In this document: one piece after another, positions 48,547 to 58,993 of the stretch | How positions within the stretch are numbered: position 1 is the first letter of the stretch | Layout of the letters: every line of letters begins with the position of its first letter | NCBI GenBank assembly: GCA_964409875.1 | Contig: CAYPEN010000001.1 | Span: forward strand, 198,637-262,636 | From: an uncultured Gammaproteobacteria bacterium | GTDB lineage: Bacteria > Patescibacteriota > Microgenomatia > Levybacterales > GWA1-39-11 | Reading direction: 5' to 3' | DNA: 64,000 bases | Made by a program: the position numbers and the translations under genes | The notes under the pieces: model-generated | What the model was told of the DNA's origin: nothing | The model's input: only the letters and a program-made list of their open reading frames with translations | Databases searched by the model: none

Positions 48547-49455
48547 ATGTTGTTATTTGGTGACGACCAGAACAAGGAATTATCTGAAGGCTTAGCGGCC
48601 GCCCTATCATTACCACTTCATTTCCCCGAGATTACCGTTTTTCCCGATGGAGAACGGAGAATCCGGCTTTCCGAAAGCGTAGTTGAAAAAGACGTAGTTT
48701 TTTTAAAGACTGCCTCTGTTACTCCCAATGTTGATTCTTTTATCGTCGAGACCGCGTTTCTTATTGATGCTATCAAAAGAAGCGGAGCCGACAGTGTTAC
48801 CGGTGTTATCCCTTATATTCCCTATTCCCGCGCAGACCATGTATTCCGTGATGGCGAGCCGGTGCCTTTGGAGGTAGTTATCAATATGTTCGAGCGTGCA
48901 GGGCTTTCAAAAATTGTTTTTGTAGACCCCCACACCATAAAAATGCAAGAAATGTTTTCTATTAATGTCGTTAATTTATCAGCACTTTCCCTTTTTGCAA
49001 AGACAATAAAAACTCTTGAATTTGACCGTGAGAACGCGGTTATTGTGAGTCCTGACATGGGCGGATTAAGAAGAATGGAGCAATTGTCACAGCTTCTTAA
49101 CAATATGCCATTTGCCTCAATTGAGAAAGACAGGAATTACGATGACGGGTCTATTAAAGCAAACGGAATTCACGGGGAGATTAAAAAAACCTGTTTTGTT
49201 GTTGATGACATCATTTCATCAGGCAGAACTATCGTGCAGGCGGTGGAAAAACTGAAAGATAAAGGAGCAGAGGACATATATGTTTTTGCGACTCATCCTG
49301 TGCTTTCTGAGGAGGCTAGTCACATACTTGAAAAGTGCGGTGCGAAAAAGATTTATATTACGGATTCGCTTCCGGTACGTCAAGAAAAACGGTTTGAGAC
49401 GCTTGAAGTTCTAACCCTCGCTCCGCTTCTTGCTGAGGCTCTTCAGGGGAAGTAG
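48547..49455 (+). CDS. prs: ribose-phosphate pyrophosphokinase
   Basis: FPDGE, PY.PYSRAD, VSPDMGG, VDDIISSGRT, ATH. Confidence 0.95.
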   Translation: MLLFGDDQNKELSEGLAAALSLPLHFPEITVFPDGERRIRLSESVVEKDVVFLKTASVTPNVDSFIVETAFLIDAIKRSGADSVTGVIPYIPYSRADHVFRDGEPVPLEVVINMFERAGLSKIVFVDPHTIKMQEMFSINVVNLSALSLFAKTIKTLEFDRENAVIVSPDMGGLRRMEQLSQLLNNMPFASIEKDRNYDDGSIKANGIHGEIKKTCFVVDDIISSGRTIVQAVEKLKDKGAEDIYVFATHPVLSEEASHILEKCGAKKIYITDSLPVRQEKRFETLEVLTLAPLLAEALQGK

Positions 49456-49666
49456 GTTGTAATGGATTCTCTCTGTTAGCCTTGAAGAACAATCTGGACA
49501 TAACCGCTTCTCCGGCTCCTATTATTGTCCAATTTACCGCATTTTTTACATTCCCTTCAGACAACTGATGCAGAGCTTCGCCTGCTGCTTGCATAGAAAG
49601 TAGAGTACCACTTATGTAGAGGGCTTTTCTAAAGTTATGTGTAAAAGGAGTTTCAGGTCCTCTCAT
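49358..49666 (-). CDS. possible small membrane protein
   Basis: TATACT just upstream; 3' end overlaps prs by about 100 nt. Confidence 0.4.
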   Translation of the reverse strand: MRGPETPFTHNFRKALYISGTLLSMQAAGEALHQLSEGNVKNAVNWTIIGAGEAVMSRLFFKANRENPLQPTSPEEPQQEAERGLELQASQTVFLDVPEANP

Positions 49667-49831
49667 TCATTTAGTATATTCCGAAAACAAAAATTTACAA
49701 TACGGCCGTTTGTAAGGCTATTGTGAGGTTGTTAAAAGGAATATATCAAGTTTAAGTTCATTTTGAGCGGTAAACTGCATTTAGTAAAAAAAATAAAAGA
49801 CAGAAGATATTAGTCAGAAGTTTCGGAAAAT

Positions 49832-50074
49832 ATGAAAAACGCAAATGCAGAAATAATGAAAAGAAATAACAGCGAGAGCATGGATTTAAAACAAATGCTT
49901 GATGAAGCAAAGATGAGGGTTACTGACGAGCAAATGGAAGCGCATGAGTCGGAAGAAGAGGCACGAAGTTTGGAGTTGGAACTGCGGGAAGCACAAGCCG
50001 CACACGAGAGACGCGAAGAAGCCGAAAGGCAAGGCAAAGAAACCAATGAAAAAATAGCAGAACTGACAGGATAA
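49832..50074 (+). CDS. small coiled-coil hypothetical protein
   Basis: Glu-rich helical 80 aa. Confidence 0.6.
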   Translation: MKNANAEIMKRNNSESMDLKQMLDEAKMRVTDEQMEAHESEEEARSLELELREAQAAHERREEAERQGKETNEKIAELTG

Positions 50075-50156
50075 ACGTAATAGCTAATAGTCAAGCCAAG
50101 TATATGTTTTAGCTATTAATTATTAACTATTAAATATTAACCATAAGCTTAAATAT

Positions 50157-50453
50157 ATGACATACAAAGCATTACAAACTAATTTTGAACGGGAACTTTT
50201 GTTCCATCTCATTTTCAATATGAAACAGGGGAGGACGTCCTCCGCTCGGGCCCGTGAAATTGCAAGAGAATTCTTAAGTGTATTAAAAGCCGAAGAGGAT
50301 GCACAAGGATTTATGAATTCACTTTCAAAAAAAGCGGAATATTATCCTGAAATGCGTAGTGCGTTTTTAACGGTAGCATCAGAATTTGAAAAAGAAATGG
50401 TTGATGAAAATCTTGAAAGAGTAAGAAACATGTTGAAAGGAGGCATTAATTAA
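50157..50453 (+). CDS. hypothetical protein
   Basis: 98 aa; contains the SD of the next gene. Confidence 0.65.
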   Translation: MTYKALQTNFERELLFHLIFNMKQGRTSSARAREIAREFLSVLKAEEDAQGFMNSLSKKAEYYPEMRSAFLTVASEFEKEMVDENLERVRNMLKGGIN

Positions 50454-50454
50454 T

Positions 50455-51231
50455 ATGGAAGATATGGAAATGACACCAATGACAAATGGCGCAGCAGTTG
50501 CGGTAACCCAACCACAGGTAGAGCAACCGGTTGAAGTTGGGTCAACAAATGACACGGTAACGTCTAGGGAAGTTTTTTCCGACCCGGCATTGGAGGTCGA
50601 TACACCCAGAGATGAGGCGGAAATGCTTTTCAAATCTGCAAAAGAGGAGGGATTTGAAGAAGCGTTGACACATTTGGCAGAAGGAGATTTTGAGGAAAAT
50701 CCAGTTGAAGAAGCGATGGTAGAGGCGGAAACATCTGAAAAAGATTTGGCAAAAAAAGATAGTAAGGAAGGTGAAGTTGAGGAGGTTCCTGAAAAAGAGA
50801 GAGAAGAACTTTTGGAAAAAATAGAAACGCTTGAGGGGAAAGTATCGGCACTAATAGAGCGCAATGAGGAGCTCAATGAAAGGCTCATAAAAGCGGAAGA
50901 ACGTGCACAACTATCTCAGGAAATGCTTGTTGAGATGTTCAAATATCTTTATGAATTAGCCAAGAAAGAGGAGGACGAAAAGAAAAAGTTAAGCCTTTTT
51001 GAAGTGCTTCTCTCCTTTATCGCAAAATTTATGATTACAGTTGTTGACCCTGATGCAAAAATAGAAGATGACAAAAAGACCACGACAGCTACCACTTCAA
51101 AGCAAAAGAAGAGTAACTCTATGGATGAAATGATAAAATTTTTGAAAGAGAAAGGGATGGTGAGTGTAGGAAATGATATTCCAGGGCAGACCACGCCTCA
51201 CACTTCAGAAACCCAGCCGGTAGCAGTATAA
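50455..51231 (+). CDS. acidic coiled-coil hypothetical protein
   Basis: AGGAGG SD; Glu-rich. Confidence 0.7.
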   Translation: MEDMEMTPMTNGAAVAVTQPQVEQPVEVGSTNDTVTSREVFSDPALEVDTPRDEAEMLFKSAKEEGFEEALTHLAEGDFEENPVEEAMVEAETSEKDLAKKDSKEGEVEEVPEKEREELLEKIETLEGKVSALIERNEELNERLIKAEERAQLSQEMLVEMFKYLYELAKKEEDEKKKLSLFEVLLSFIAKFMITVVDPDAKIEDDKKTTTATTSKQKKSNSMDEMIKFLKEKGMVSVGNDIPGQTTPHTSETQPVAV

Positions 51232-51273
51232 TCCATAATTCTCAATTCAGACGCAAGATGGTATACTAACTCC

Positions 51274-52500
51274 ATGCGTTATTCGAATTTGTTCCCAAAA
51301 ACCATTAAAGAAGCGCCCAGTGAAGAAGTTGCAGTGAATGCAAAGTATCTGATACGGGGAGGGTTTATAGACAAGCTGATGGCCGGGTCTTATACGCTCT
51401 TGCCACTGGGTAGGATTGTCGAGCGAAAAATCGAGCACATCGTAAGAGAAGAGATGAACGCGACAGGTGCTCAGGAGATACTGATGCCGCTACTTCACCC
51501 CAAAAGCATATGGAATGAGACTGGACGTTGGGATTCTGCAAAAGAGGTAATGTATCAATTTAAAAAAGATGAAAAAGAATACGCCTTGTCATTTACCCAT
51601 GAAGAAATAGTCCTTGATGTAATACGAAAACACGCGACAACTTACAGGGATTTTCCGGTAAAAATCTATCATTTTTCAACAAAATTCCGAAACGAGCTGA
51701 GGGCAAAATCGGGAATTCTAAGAGGAAGGGAATTTTTAATGAAAGATTTGTACAGTGCGCATGTGTCACGAGAAGATTTGGATACATATTATGAAGAGGT
51801 AAAAAAGGCCTATCTGAAGGTTTTTGAAAGATTGGGACTCAAGGCATTAGTGGTTGAAGCGTCAGGTGGTGTTTTTACAGAGAGCAACACTCACGAATTT
51901 CAGGTATTAGCCGAGAGCGGAGAGGATGAAATCATTTACTGTCCGGGAGGGGATTTCGCACAGAATAAAGAAATTGCGAACGTAGCTGAAGGGAAAGAGT
52001 GTGATTTGGGACATGGTCCACTAAAAAAGGCAAGAGCAATTGAAGTCGGAAATATCTTTAGATTTGGAACCGTTTACAGTGAAAAAATGAATGTTTCTTT
52101 CACCGATAGCGATGGAAGTAAAAAATTTGCATGGTTTGGAAGCTATGGAATCGGTCTGACTCGAATGGTTGGGGTATTGGCTGAAGTTTTCCACGACGAG
52201 AAAGGTATTATTTGGCCTGAGAGCGTTGCTCCATTTAGAGTATACCTTATCTCTTTTGGCAAAGATGATGAAGCTGAAGCGCTGTATGAAGACCTACAGG
52301 ATAAAGGTATAGACGTTTTGTATGATGACAGGGACAAAACAGCCGGTGAGAAATTTGCCGACTGCGACTTGCTGGGTATTCCGTTAAGGGTTGTTTTGTC
52401 TCATAAGCTTGAAGAAGGGAAAGTTGAAGTGAAAAAAAGAAGTGAGAGTGAAGCAAAGGTGATAACAAAAGAAGAGCTTTTTAATAATTTCCTCTCTTAG
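51274..52500 (+). CDS. proS: proline--tRNA ligase (short form, no full editing domain)
   Basis: FTHEE, KFRNELR..G.LRGREF.MKD.YS, IEVGNIF, GSYGIG. Confidence 0.96.
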   Translation: MRYSNLFPKTIKEAPSEEVAVNAKYLIRGGFIDKLMAGSYTLLPLGRIVERKIEHIVREEMNATGAQEILMPLLHPKSIWNETGRWDSAKEVMYQFKKDEKEYALSFTHEEIVLDVIRKHATTYRDFPVKIYHFSTKFRNELRAKSGILRGREFLMKDLYSAHVSREDLDTYYEEVKKAYLKVFERLGLKALVVEASGGVFTESNTHEFQVLAESGEDEIIYCPGGDFAQNKEIANVAEGKECDLGHGPLKKARAIEVGNIFRFGTVYSEKMNVSFTDSDGSKKFAWFGSYGIGLTRMVGVLAEVFHDEKGIIWPESVAPFRVYLISFGKDDEAEALYEDLQDKGIDVLYDDRDKTAGEKFADCDLLGIPLRVVLSHKLEEGKVEVKKRSESEAKVITKEELFNNFLS

Positions 52501-53009
52501 TGCTTAATGAAGCCAAAGATAATTGCCCAGAAAACTCCCCATACGGCAATAAATACAACCCCAATTCCGATAAGAAGAGGCATTGTGAGTTTGAATTTCC
52601 CTTTCGGTGCTTTTGCCTCTGCGGCCTGTGGTGCATTCATTACACTTGAAGAGGGGGTACTCCCGCTATAAGAGAACGTATTTCCCTCAGAAATAGGTCG
52701 GGGTGGTGTGTTTGATAACGCATCTTCTGCGGTTCCGGGCATTGGCGGCATCGATGGCGAAGAAGGCGGTGGCATAACCGGTGTGGCAGCCGGTTGAGCG
52801 CTAACTGTGGGGGGAGGAGGAGTAGCACTTACGGTTGGCTGCGGTGTTGCAGGGGAAGGGGCTGTTGTGCCTGTGGGAGGAGGAGGGGTAGCCGGTTGCA
52901 ATGGTTCTGCGGTTGCTTTTGGTTGTGCTTGAGTGGAAGCAGACGTATTCATGACTCTATCGTAGATTTCTTTCAGCTCAGGAGTAAGGTTAGTTTTCTT
53001 GGAATCCAT
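52497..53009 (-). CDS. Pro-rich protein with C-terminal TM anchor
   Basis: LKEIYDRVMNT N-terminal motif, Pro-rich linker, hydrophobic tail. Confidence 0.75.
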   Translation of the reverse strand: MDSKKTNLTPELKEIYDRVMNTSASTQAQPKATAEPLQPATPPPPTGTTAPSPATPQPTVSATPPPPTVSAQPAATPVMPPPSSPSMPPMPGTAEDALSNTPPRPISEGNTFSYSGSTPSSSVMNAPQAAEAKAPKGKFKLTMPLLIGIGVVFIAVWGVFWAIIFGFIKH

Positions 53010-53192
53010 ATACTTAGTTTATTTACAATCATTTACTAAAGTCAAGTTCATTGTGTTTGAGCCTAATTAACTGTATACTAAAGGTACAAATTTAAATCAA
53101 AAATTATTTTATGAAACGAATCATATCATCAACTCATTGTTCGATTCACTCACAATGAGCCTCAAGATACGATTTTTATTTAAATTAAATAT

Positions 53193-54080
53193 ATGAAAAA
53201 AATCGTTACCCACAAATCTTGCGACCTTGATGCCATTTCCTCAGTTTGGCTTATAAAGAGGTTCTTAATCGGATGGGAAGATGCGGTAGCGGAATTTGTG
53301 AATGCCGGTGAGAAGCTCTCGGGAACCTACGAAAAGGAGGGGGAGGCAATTGAAATTGTCGATGGGATACCTACAATCCATGTTGATACCGGCATGGGGG
53401 CTTTAGATCACCATCAGACTCCGGATAACAACGTGTGCGCAGCACGTAAGACTTTTGAGTTCATATTAACGCAGGAAACCCAGCTTCACAAACGTGACAA
53501 CCAGCGGGAAGCCGTACGGCGTATTGTTGAGCTTGTTATTGACGACGACCATTTTCAGGAAGTGTATTATCCCGACGCTAACCATGATGTGTATGAGTCA
53601 GGCATTGTTGCACTTATCCAAGGATACAAACTCCTTCACAAAGGGGATGATATGGCGTTGGTTGAATTTGGATTTGAACTTTTGGATGACATGGTGCACA
53701 ATTTGGAGGCCAAAATCTGGGCAGAGAGTGAGATAAAAGAAAAAGGGGTAGAATTTGAATCAAAATGGGGGAAAGCAGTTGCGGTTGAGACCATTAATGA
53801 TGAGGTTCTCAAGCGCGCGCAGATGATGGGATATGTGGTATCGGTCAGGCGTGACCCTTCATACGGATATATTAGGATAAAAGCTTTGCCCGACAAACGC
53901 GGTTCTGAAAGCTTGAATATTGACCTAACACCTGTTTATGAAAAACTCAAAGAGATGGATCCTGAGGCGACGTGGTTCTTGCACGCGTCAAAAAGGATGT
54001 TATTAAACGGCAGTTCTAAAAATCCTGACATGAAAGGCAGCAAGCTTACCCTTGATCAGGTAATTGAGGTTTTGAAGTAG
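53193..54080 (+). CDS. DHH/MYG1-like phosphoesterase family protein
   Basis: VTH..DLD, VDTG, DHHQ. Confidence 0.7.
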   Translation: MKKIVTHKSCDLDAISSVWLIKRFLIGWEDAVAEFVNAGEKLSGTYEKEGEAIEIVDGIPTIHVDTGMGALDHHQTPDNNVCAARKTFEFILTQETQLHKRDNQREAVRRIVELVIDDDHFQEVYYPDANHDVYESGIVALIQGYKLLHKGDDMALVEFGFELLDDMVHNLEAKIWAESEIKEKGVEFESKWGKAVAVETINDEVLKRAQMMGYVVSVRRDPSYGYIRIKALPDKRGSESLNIDLTPVYEKLKEMDPEATWFLHASKRMLLNGSSKNPDMKGSKLTLDQVIEVLK

Positions 54081-54993
54081 TATCGTTATTTTCTGATTTT
54101 TTCAAATCTTCCAGCATCTCGTCTATTTCCCCGTCCATAAATGTGGGTAAATTGTGGTAGGATTTACCGATTCTGTGGTCCGTTACCCGGTCTTGAGGGA
54201 AATTGTAGGTCCTGATTTTCTCATTTCTCATCCCTCGTCCAACCTGCGTTGACTTGAGTTCCGCAATTTCCATATGCTGCTTTTCCACCTCTTGCTCCCA
54301 CAGCTTTGCGCGAAGAAGGCTCATTGCATTCTCCCTGTTCTGGATTTGTGACCGCTCTGTCTGGCAGGTGACGACAAGACCTGTAGGGATATGTTTAAGA
54401 CGCACTGCTGTCGAGACTTTATTGACATTCTGTCCTCCGTGTCCACCTGCACGGTATGCTTCAAATTCGATGTCTTCGGGACGGATATGCAGGTCAATAT
54501 CTTGCAACTCAGGCAATATGGAAACGACTGCAGTTGAAGTGTGAACCCGGCCCCGTTTTTCTGTAAGCGGTACTCTTTGAACTCGATGAACTCCTGATTC
54601 AAATTTAAATATTCCGAAGGCATTTTTACTCATAACCTTAATGCTGTCCTCGTCAATCATTTCCTTTGGAATATTATGTCTTTCGCAGTAGCGGATATAC
54701 ATCCGTAAGAGTTCGCGTGCAAAAATTGAAGCTTCATCGCCCCCCGCAGCACCTTTCACCTCAATTATGGCGTGTCTTGTGTCGAGGGAAGCGCCCGGGT
54801 CCGGTTTTTCTTCGTATGTGACTTCAAAAACAGAAGTATCAACGTGTTTTTCCAATTCTTCTTTCTGTTTTTTGAGTGTATTTATCTCCTCGTGTGCCAA
54901 AACAGACATTTCAGGATCAGACAAAAGCTTTTCAGCTTCGGATATCTTGAAATCTATTTCGTAAAGTTGTGCAAGGAGTTCGTCTTTGTTCAT
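54046..54993 (-). CDS. prfA: peptide chain release factor 1
   Basis: VQRVPLTE (PxT) and [10 protein letters not shown]. Confidence 0.96.
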   Translation of the reverse strand: MNKDELLAQLYEIDFKISEAEKLLSDPEMSVLAHEEINTLKKQKEELEKHVDTSVFEVTYEEKPDPGASLDTRHAIIEVKGAAGGDEASIFARELLRMYIRYCERHNIPKEMIDEDSIKVMSKNAFGIFKFESGVHRVQRVPLTEKRGRVHTSTAVVSILPELQDIDLHIRPEDIEFEAYRAGGHGGQNVNKVSTAVRLKHIPTGLVVTCQTERSQIQNRENAMSLLRAKLWEQEVEKQHMEIAELKSTQVGRGMRNEKIRTYNFPQDRVTDHRIGKSYHNLPTFMDGEIDEMLEDLKKSENNDTTSKPQLPDQG

Positions 54994-55079
54994 GGTTGGT
55001 ATATGGTATGTAGTATATAGTATTTAGTATAAATTGGAAAAAATACAAAATACCAAATACAAGATACAAACTACTGGGG

Positions 55080-55370
55080 TTAGCCTTTCTTGAGGGCTTC
55101 GAGCATTTCGCGCAGAGTCTTGGGGCGGTTGTCCTCGGCGGTTTCTTTTTGCGCTTTTTTAACAACAGGGCGTGCAGCTTCCATTTTCTTCTGGAATTTC
55201 TCAATTCTTGAAGCAGTGTCAACGAATTTTTGCTGACCAGTGTAGAAAGGATGGCAATTGTAGCAAAGTTCAACCGTGATTCTTTCGGAGGTTGAGCCCA
55301 CAGTAAAAGCGTTGCCGCATGAGCAGGTTACCTGTGCTTCGTAATATTTTGGATGGATTTGCGCTTTCAT
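55080..55370 (-). CDS. rpmE: 50S ribosomal protein L31 (zinc-binding)
   Basis: [23 protein letters not shown]. Confidence 0.97.
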   Translation of the reverse strand: MKAQIHPKYYEAQVTCSCGNAFTVGSTSERITVELCYNCHPFYTGQQKFVDTASRIEKFQKKMEAARPVVKKAQKETAEDNRPKTLREMLEALKKG

Positions 55371-55416
55371 ATTCGGACTATTATAGCTGATTTTGAGTTT
55401 ATTTGCAATTGAAATA

Positions 55417-55510
55417 TTAGCGAAGCGACTATATGGGAGCGGAGCCAAGAATATTTTCCTATTTTAGGAAGTTTTTTTAAACTTCCGCATACGATAATGA
55501 AAATAGGCTT
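55417..55510 (-). repeat. ~95-bp structured intergenic element, copy 2
   Basis: Homologous to 44500-44596. Confidence 0.85.
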
Positions 55511-56420
55511 ATTTCTTCAAAAACAAATGGAATGGGTGATAATGGAGTCGACCCTCGGCCAAAAGAATTCCAAGAATTACAAGTACTGAGCCTACAACAA
55601 ATGTGGTATCGGGGAATTCCCCTAAAAGAGGAGCAGCAACAAGAATTGTGATAACCGGGTCGATATAAGTAAAAACCCCCACATCTGCTGCTGTCAGGTA
55701 TTTGAGGGCGTATGTTTGGAAAAAGTAGGCAATAAGAGAGGAAAAGAAGATTCCAAAGGCAAGCCCGATAATTCCATGAAGGTTGAGGTTGGGGAGAAAC
55801 CCAAATGTATTTACTTCATGGATAAAAAACGGAATAAATCCAATTGAACCTGTTATAAATGTCCAAAATGTAATTGCGTATGGATTATTGCGCTTCATCA
55901 TTTTGCGCATAATGATGACCGACGACGCGCTTCCCATCATCGCAAAAAGGTAATAAAGATTACCAACCGCTGCGATTTTCCCGTCAAGAATGAGGGGTGC
56001 ACCAAGCACAATAATGACCCCAATAAGGCCGATGAGAGAACCAGTTATGAGTTTGTGCTTTGGTTTTTCCCTTTTAAGAAAGAAAAGCGAGTAGAGTATG
56101 AGAAAAATTGGGGCGGAGGAGGCAATAAGTGCAGCATTTATACTGGGTGCTTTCAAAAGTCCATGGAAGAAAAAGGAAATATTCACCGTAATTCCCAAAA
56201 AGCCGGCAAAAAAGATATTCAAATAATCTTTTTTATGCAGCGTTAAACGGTCTCTTACAAATGGGTACATGAGGATAGGGGGGACAATAAACCGCAGGAA
56301 CGCAAGTGTATAAGGATGCACATCTGACAACGCCCATTTGAATATAGGGGGTGCTGCACCCCAAATCATATTGGCAACAATGAGCGCGAGAATGGCGGTT
56401 TGGGGTTTAGACAATCGCAT
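55509..56420 (-). CDS. EamA/DMT family transporter
   Basis: About 10 TMs; IWG..P, LAFLRF, P......A..LLGE. Confidence 0.92.
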   Translation of the reverse strand: MRLSKPQTAILALIVANMIWGAAPPIFKWALSDVHPYTLAFLRFIVPPILMYPFVRDRLTLHKKDYLNIFFAGFLGITVNISFFFHGLLKAPSINAALIASSAPIFLILYSLFFLKREKPKHKLITGSLIGLIGVIIVLGAPLILDGKIAAVGNLYYLFAMMGSASSVIIMRKMMKRNNPYAITFWTFITGSIGFIPFFIHEVNTFGFLPNLNLHGIIGLAFGIFFSSLIAYFFQTYALKYLTAADVGVFTYIDPVITILVAAPLLGEFPDTTFVVGSVLVILGILLAEGRLHYHPFHLFLKK

Positions 56421-57618
56421 CGGGCAGGTTGTTTAAAGGAATAGTTTTTTTGACGATTTCCCCTGCCTGGTTCTTCGTCCGGAGTTCTACTTGAGTTTCA
56501 TTTATAGGCACAACAACATAAGGAATCCCTTTCTTTTCTGCATATTTAAATTGTTTTTCAAAAGATAGGCTCGCATCAAGGCAGCATTCGGCATTTATTT
56601 TTTTATAGCGCAACGCATCGCAAATTGTGAGAGTGAGCTGTTCTGATCCGGGGGAAAAAAGAACAAGCACCGACTTGTTTTCCATTTTGTCAAACAACCC
56701 GTTTTCCTCCATTGCTTCATAGAGCCTGTCAAACCCGAAAGCAAACCCTACAGCAGGAATATCATTATTTCCGAACATCCCGATTAAATTGTCGTACCGT
56801 CCCCCTCCGCCAACCGACCCGGCTGTGTACCCATCTATTTCAAGTTCTATGATGGTTGCAGTGTAGTAATCCAGCCCCCGTGCCAGAGTCGGAAGAAATT
56901 CAATCTGGTCTTCCATAACCCCCATTTCAATTGCCTTTTTCATAACGAGTTGTATCCATGGGGTAGGGTCTGAGTGTTTTATGGCAAGAATTGCCTCTTG
57001 GGCTTTTTCCGACGAGTCATATTCGCCTCGCGTTACAAGTTCTTCAATAACCATTTCTTCCCCGATTTTTTTGAGTTTGTCGATTGCACCAACCGTTATT
57101 TTTGAAACATCCTCAAAAACCTTGCGGTCGTTAATATAAAATCTGAATTTCTCAAACCCCAAAGCGCGAAGACATGAGGAAGCGCAGGCGATTATTTCTG
57201 CATCAGCCTCAGGTGTGGCACTTGCAACGGTATCTATATCGCACTGTAAAAATTCACGAAACCTTCCTCTTTGAGTGTTTTCGGCGCGCCAAACATTTTG
57301 CAATTGGTAGCGCTTAAAAGGCATGGGTAGGACGTCTTTATATTGTGCTACGACCCTGGCAAGCGGAACGGTTTGGTCGTATCGCAAAGTAACCCGTCTT
57401 TGGCCATTGTCTTCAAAGCGGTACATGAGTTTGTCCCCTTCCTCGCCGTATTTACCCATCAAAATGTCCTCATATTCCAAAGCAGGAGTTTCAAGCGGCT
57501 CAAAGCCATACGACTCGAATACCTTTCTCAGGGTTTCAATAACATACTGGCGCTTCCGTGCTTCTTTTGGTAAAAAATCACGGAAACCTTTCAAAGTTCT
57601 TGGTTCAATTTTGTTCAT
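56407..57618 (-). CDS. hisS: histidine--tRNA ligase
   Basis: LRYDQTVPLAR, GRFREFLQCD, LARGLDYY, GGGRYD. Confidence 0.97.
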   Translation of the reverse strand: MNKIEPRTLKGFRDFLPKEARKRQYVIETLRKVFESYGFEPLETPALEYEDILMGKYGEEGDKLMYRFEDNGQRRVTLRYDQTVPLARVVAQYKDVLPMPFKRYQLQNVWRAENTQRGRFREFLQCDIDTVASATPEADAEIIACASSCLRALGFEKFRFYINDRKVFEDVSKITVGAIDKLKKIGEEMVIEELVTRGEYDSSEKAQEAILAIKHSDPTPWIQLVMKKAIEMGVMEDQIEFLPTLARGLDYYTATIIELEIDGYTAGSVGGGGRYDNLIGMFGNNDIPAVGFAFGFDRLYEAMEENGLFDKMENKSVLVLFSPGSEQLTLTICDALRYKKINAECCLDASLSFEKQFKYAEKKGIPYVVVPINETQVELRTKNQAGEIVKKTIPLNNLPDAIV

Positions 57619-57717
57619 AACGTTTCCTTTCTTGGTTCAACCATAGTGATATTGTACCTTTAAGACATCTCACAAACAAGATTAACAGGTTTGATTAGGA
57701 GGAGTATAATTGTGCCT

Positions 57718-58773
57718 ATGCGAATAGAGAACGGGTCAATACTTATGGGAGACGTCCCAAAACCTTTAAATGACTCTTTAAAAGTAGGGGAGAAAATCAT
57801 GGGATCTTTAGTGGGCCCTGAGATGCAGGATGTGACAGTTCATGTAGTTTCCGGCAAACAATTAATTGATCTTGAAACCGATTCGTTTGTTGCTGATAAC
57901 CTTCTTGGGAAAATGGCTAAGGAGCAGGGGATAGATCCTTCTCTTTTTGTAACGACATCGCATTTCGGAACTCTTATTGAGAATGGAGCCGGCAGGGATA
58001 TATATTTATCATCAGATTTTTTGAAGCCAATTTATCATCTTAACAAAAAAGATATACATCAGCGTGGTTTTCTTTCCGACGGCTGTGTTTATGCATTTTT
58101 TATATACCAGGATCTTTTACTACACTCGTTACCTTCAGAAAAGCCTTTCAAGGCTACGGATGCTCTAGTCGATGAGCTTATTCCGGCAATCCCAAGATAT
58201 TTAAGAACCGATGAGTTTCAATCCAATCCCAAAATTGGAGAGTTTGCTCAGGAATTTGAAGAATATCTAAGATCGGGAAGAAATGATATATCTACAAGTT
58301 TTAAAGGCTTGGAATTAAACGTTTTTCTTAGGGATGAGAAAGTATTCAGTGTTTTTACAGGAGAGGATCAGGCAGTACGCACTATCATCGGACGTCCGCT
58401 GGTAGACAATTTTATCCGTCATATGCGTGATAGGAATATCTGGTTTGGAACAACAGATAATCTTAATTTTGGTGTTGATGAGAGAGATGAGCGTATGGTA
58501 TTTGCAAAAGAGGCAATCCGTCTTGACGATGATATCAAATCAGTGGGTGATGTTTTCCGGAAATATAAGGCCAGTGAGATAGGTCTTATAACAGGTGAAG
58601 AGCTCGTTAAGCAATTGACGATTGCAAATGTTGCACAAGATGAGATTACTGAACCGGAGCAACAGGGAGAACAGGTAGATTTATTTGAGTTTGAAGAAAT
58701 GGAGGAAAATATAGATTATAGAATATCCGGAAGAAGGGTTAGAAAGGGTAGCAAAGTTAAATGGAATGACTGA
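57718..58773 (+). CDS. hypothetical protein
   Basis: TATAAT 7 nt before ATG 57718. Confidence 0.65.
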   Translation: MRIENGSILMGDVPKPLNDSLKVGEKIMGSLVGPEMQDVTVHVVSGKQLIDLETDSFVADNLLGKMAKEQGIDPSLFVTTSHFGTLIENGAGRDIYLSSDFLKPIYHLNKKDIHQRGFLSDGCVYAFFIYQDLLLHSLPSEKPFKATDALVDELIPAIPRYLRTDEFQSNPKIGEFAQEFEEYLRSGRNDISTSFKGLELNVFLRDEKVFSVFTGEDQAVRTIIGRPLVDNFIRHMRDRNIWFGTTDNLNFGVDERDERMVFAKEAIRLDDDIKSVGDVFRKYKASEIGLITGEELVKQLTIANVAQDEITEPEQQGEQVDLFEFEEMEENIDYRISGRRVRKGSKVKWND

Positions 58774-58789
58774 GTTAAGAAGCATAAGA

Positions 58790-58900
58790 TTTACCCTTTG
58801 AAATTTCTGCCTTGTTCGGCTCGGCCTAAAGCCTGGCGCGAGGTTTCATCAATAGAAGTTTTATTTTTATCTTGGGTTTGAAGCTCATCTCTATTTTCAT
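58790..58900 (-). pseudogene. orphan 3' fragment duplicating the end of the 59616-59999 gene
   Basis: 58790-58853 matches 59615-59678 at 61/64; encodes IDETSRQALGRAEQGRNFKG*. Confidence 0.85.
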
Positions 58901-58993
58901 AGGTATATTGTAACTTATAAGTACATTTTAGTCGAGAAAACTTAATTTAATGAAGTTGCAAATTGTTTTTTTAGGTCTATAATTCAGTTAATT

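Noticed and set aside
53135-53159. TCATTG-TTCGATTCACTCA-CAATGA hairpin resembling REP-like elements
   Set aside because: Single degenerate copy in the window; insufficient support.
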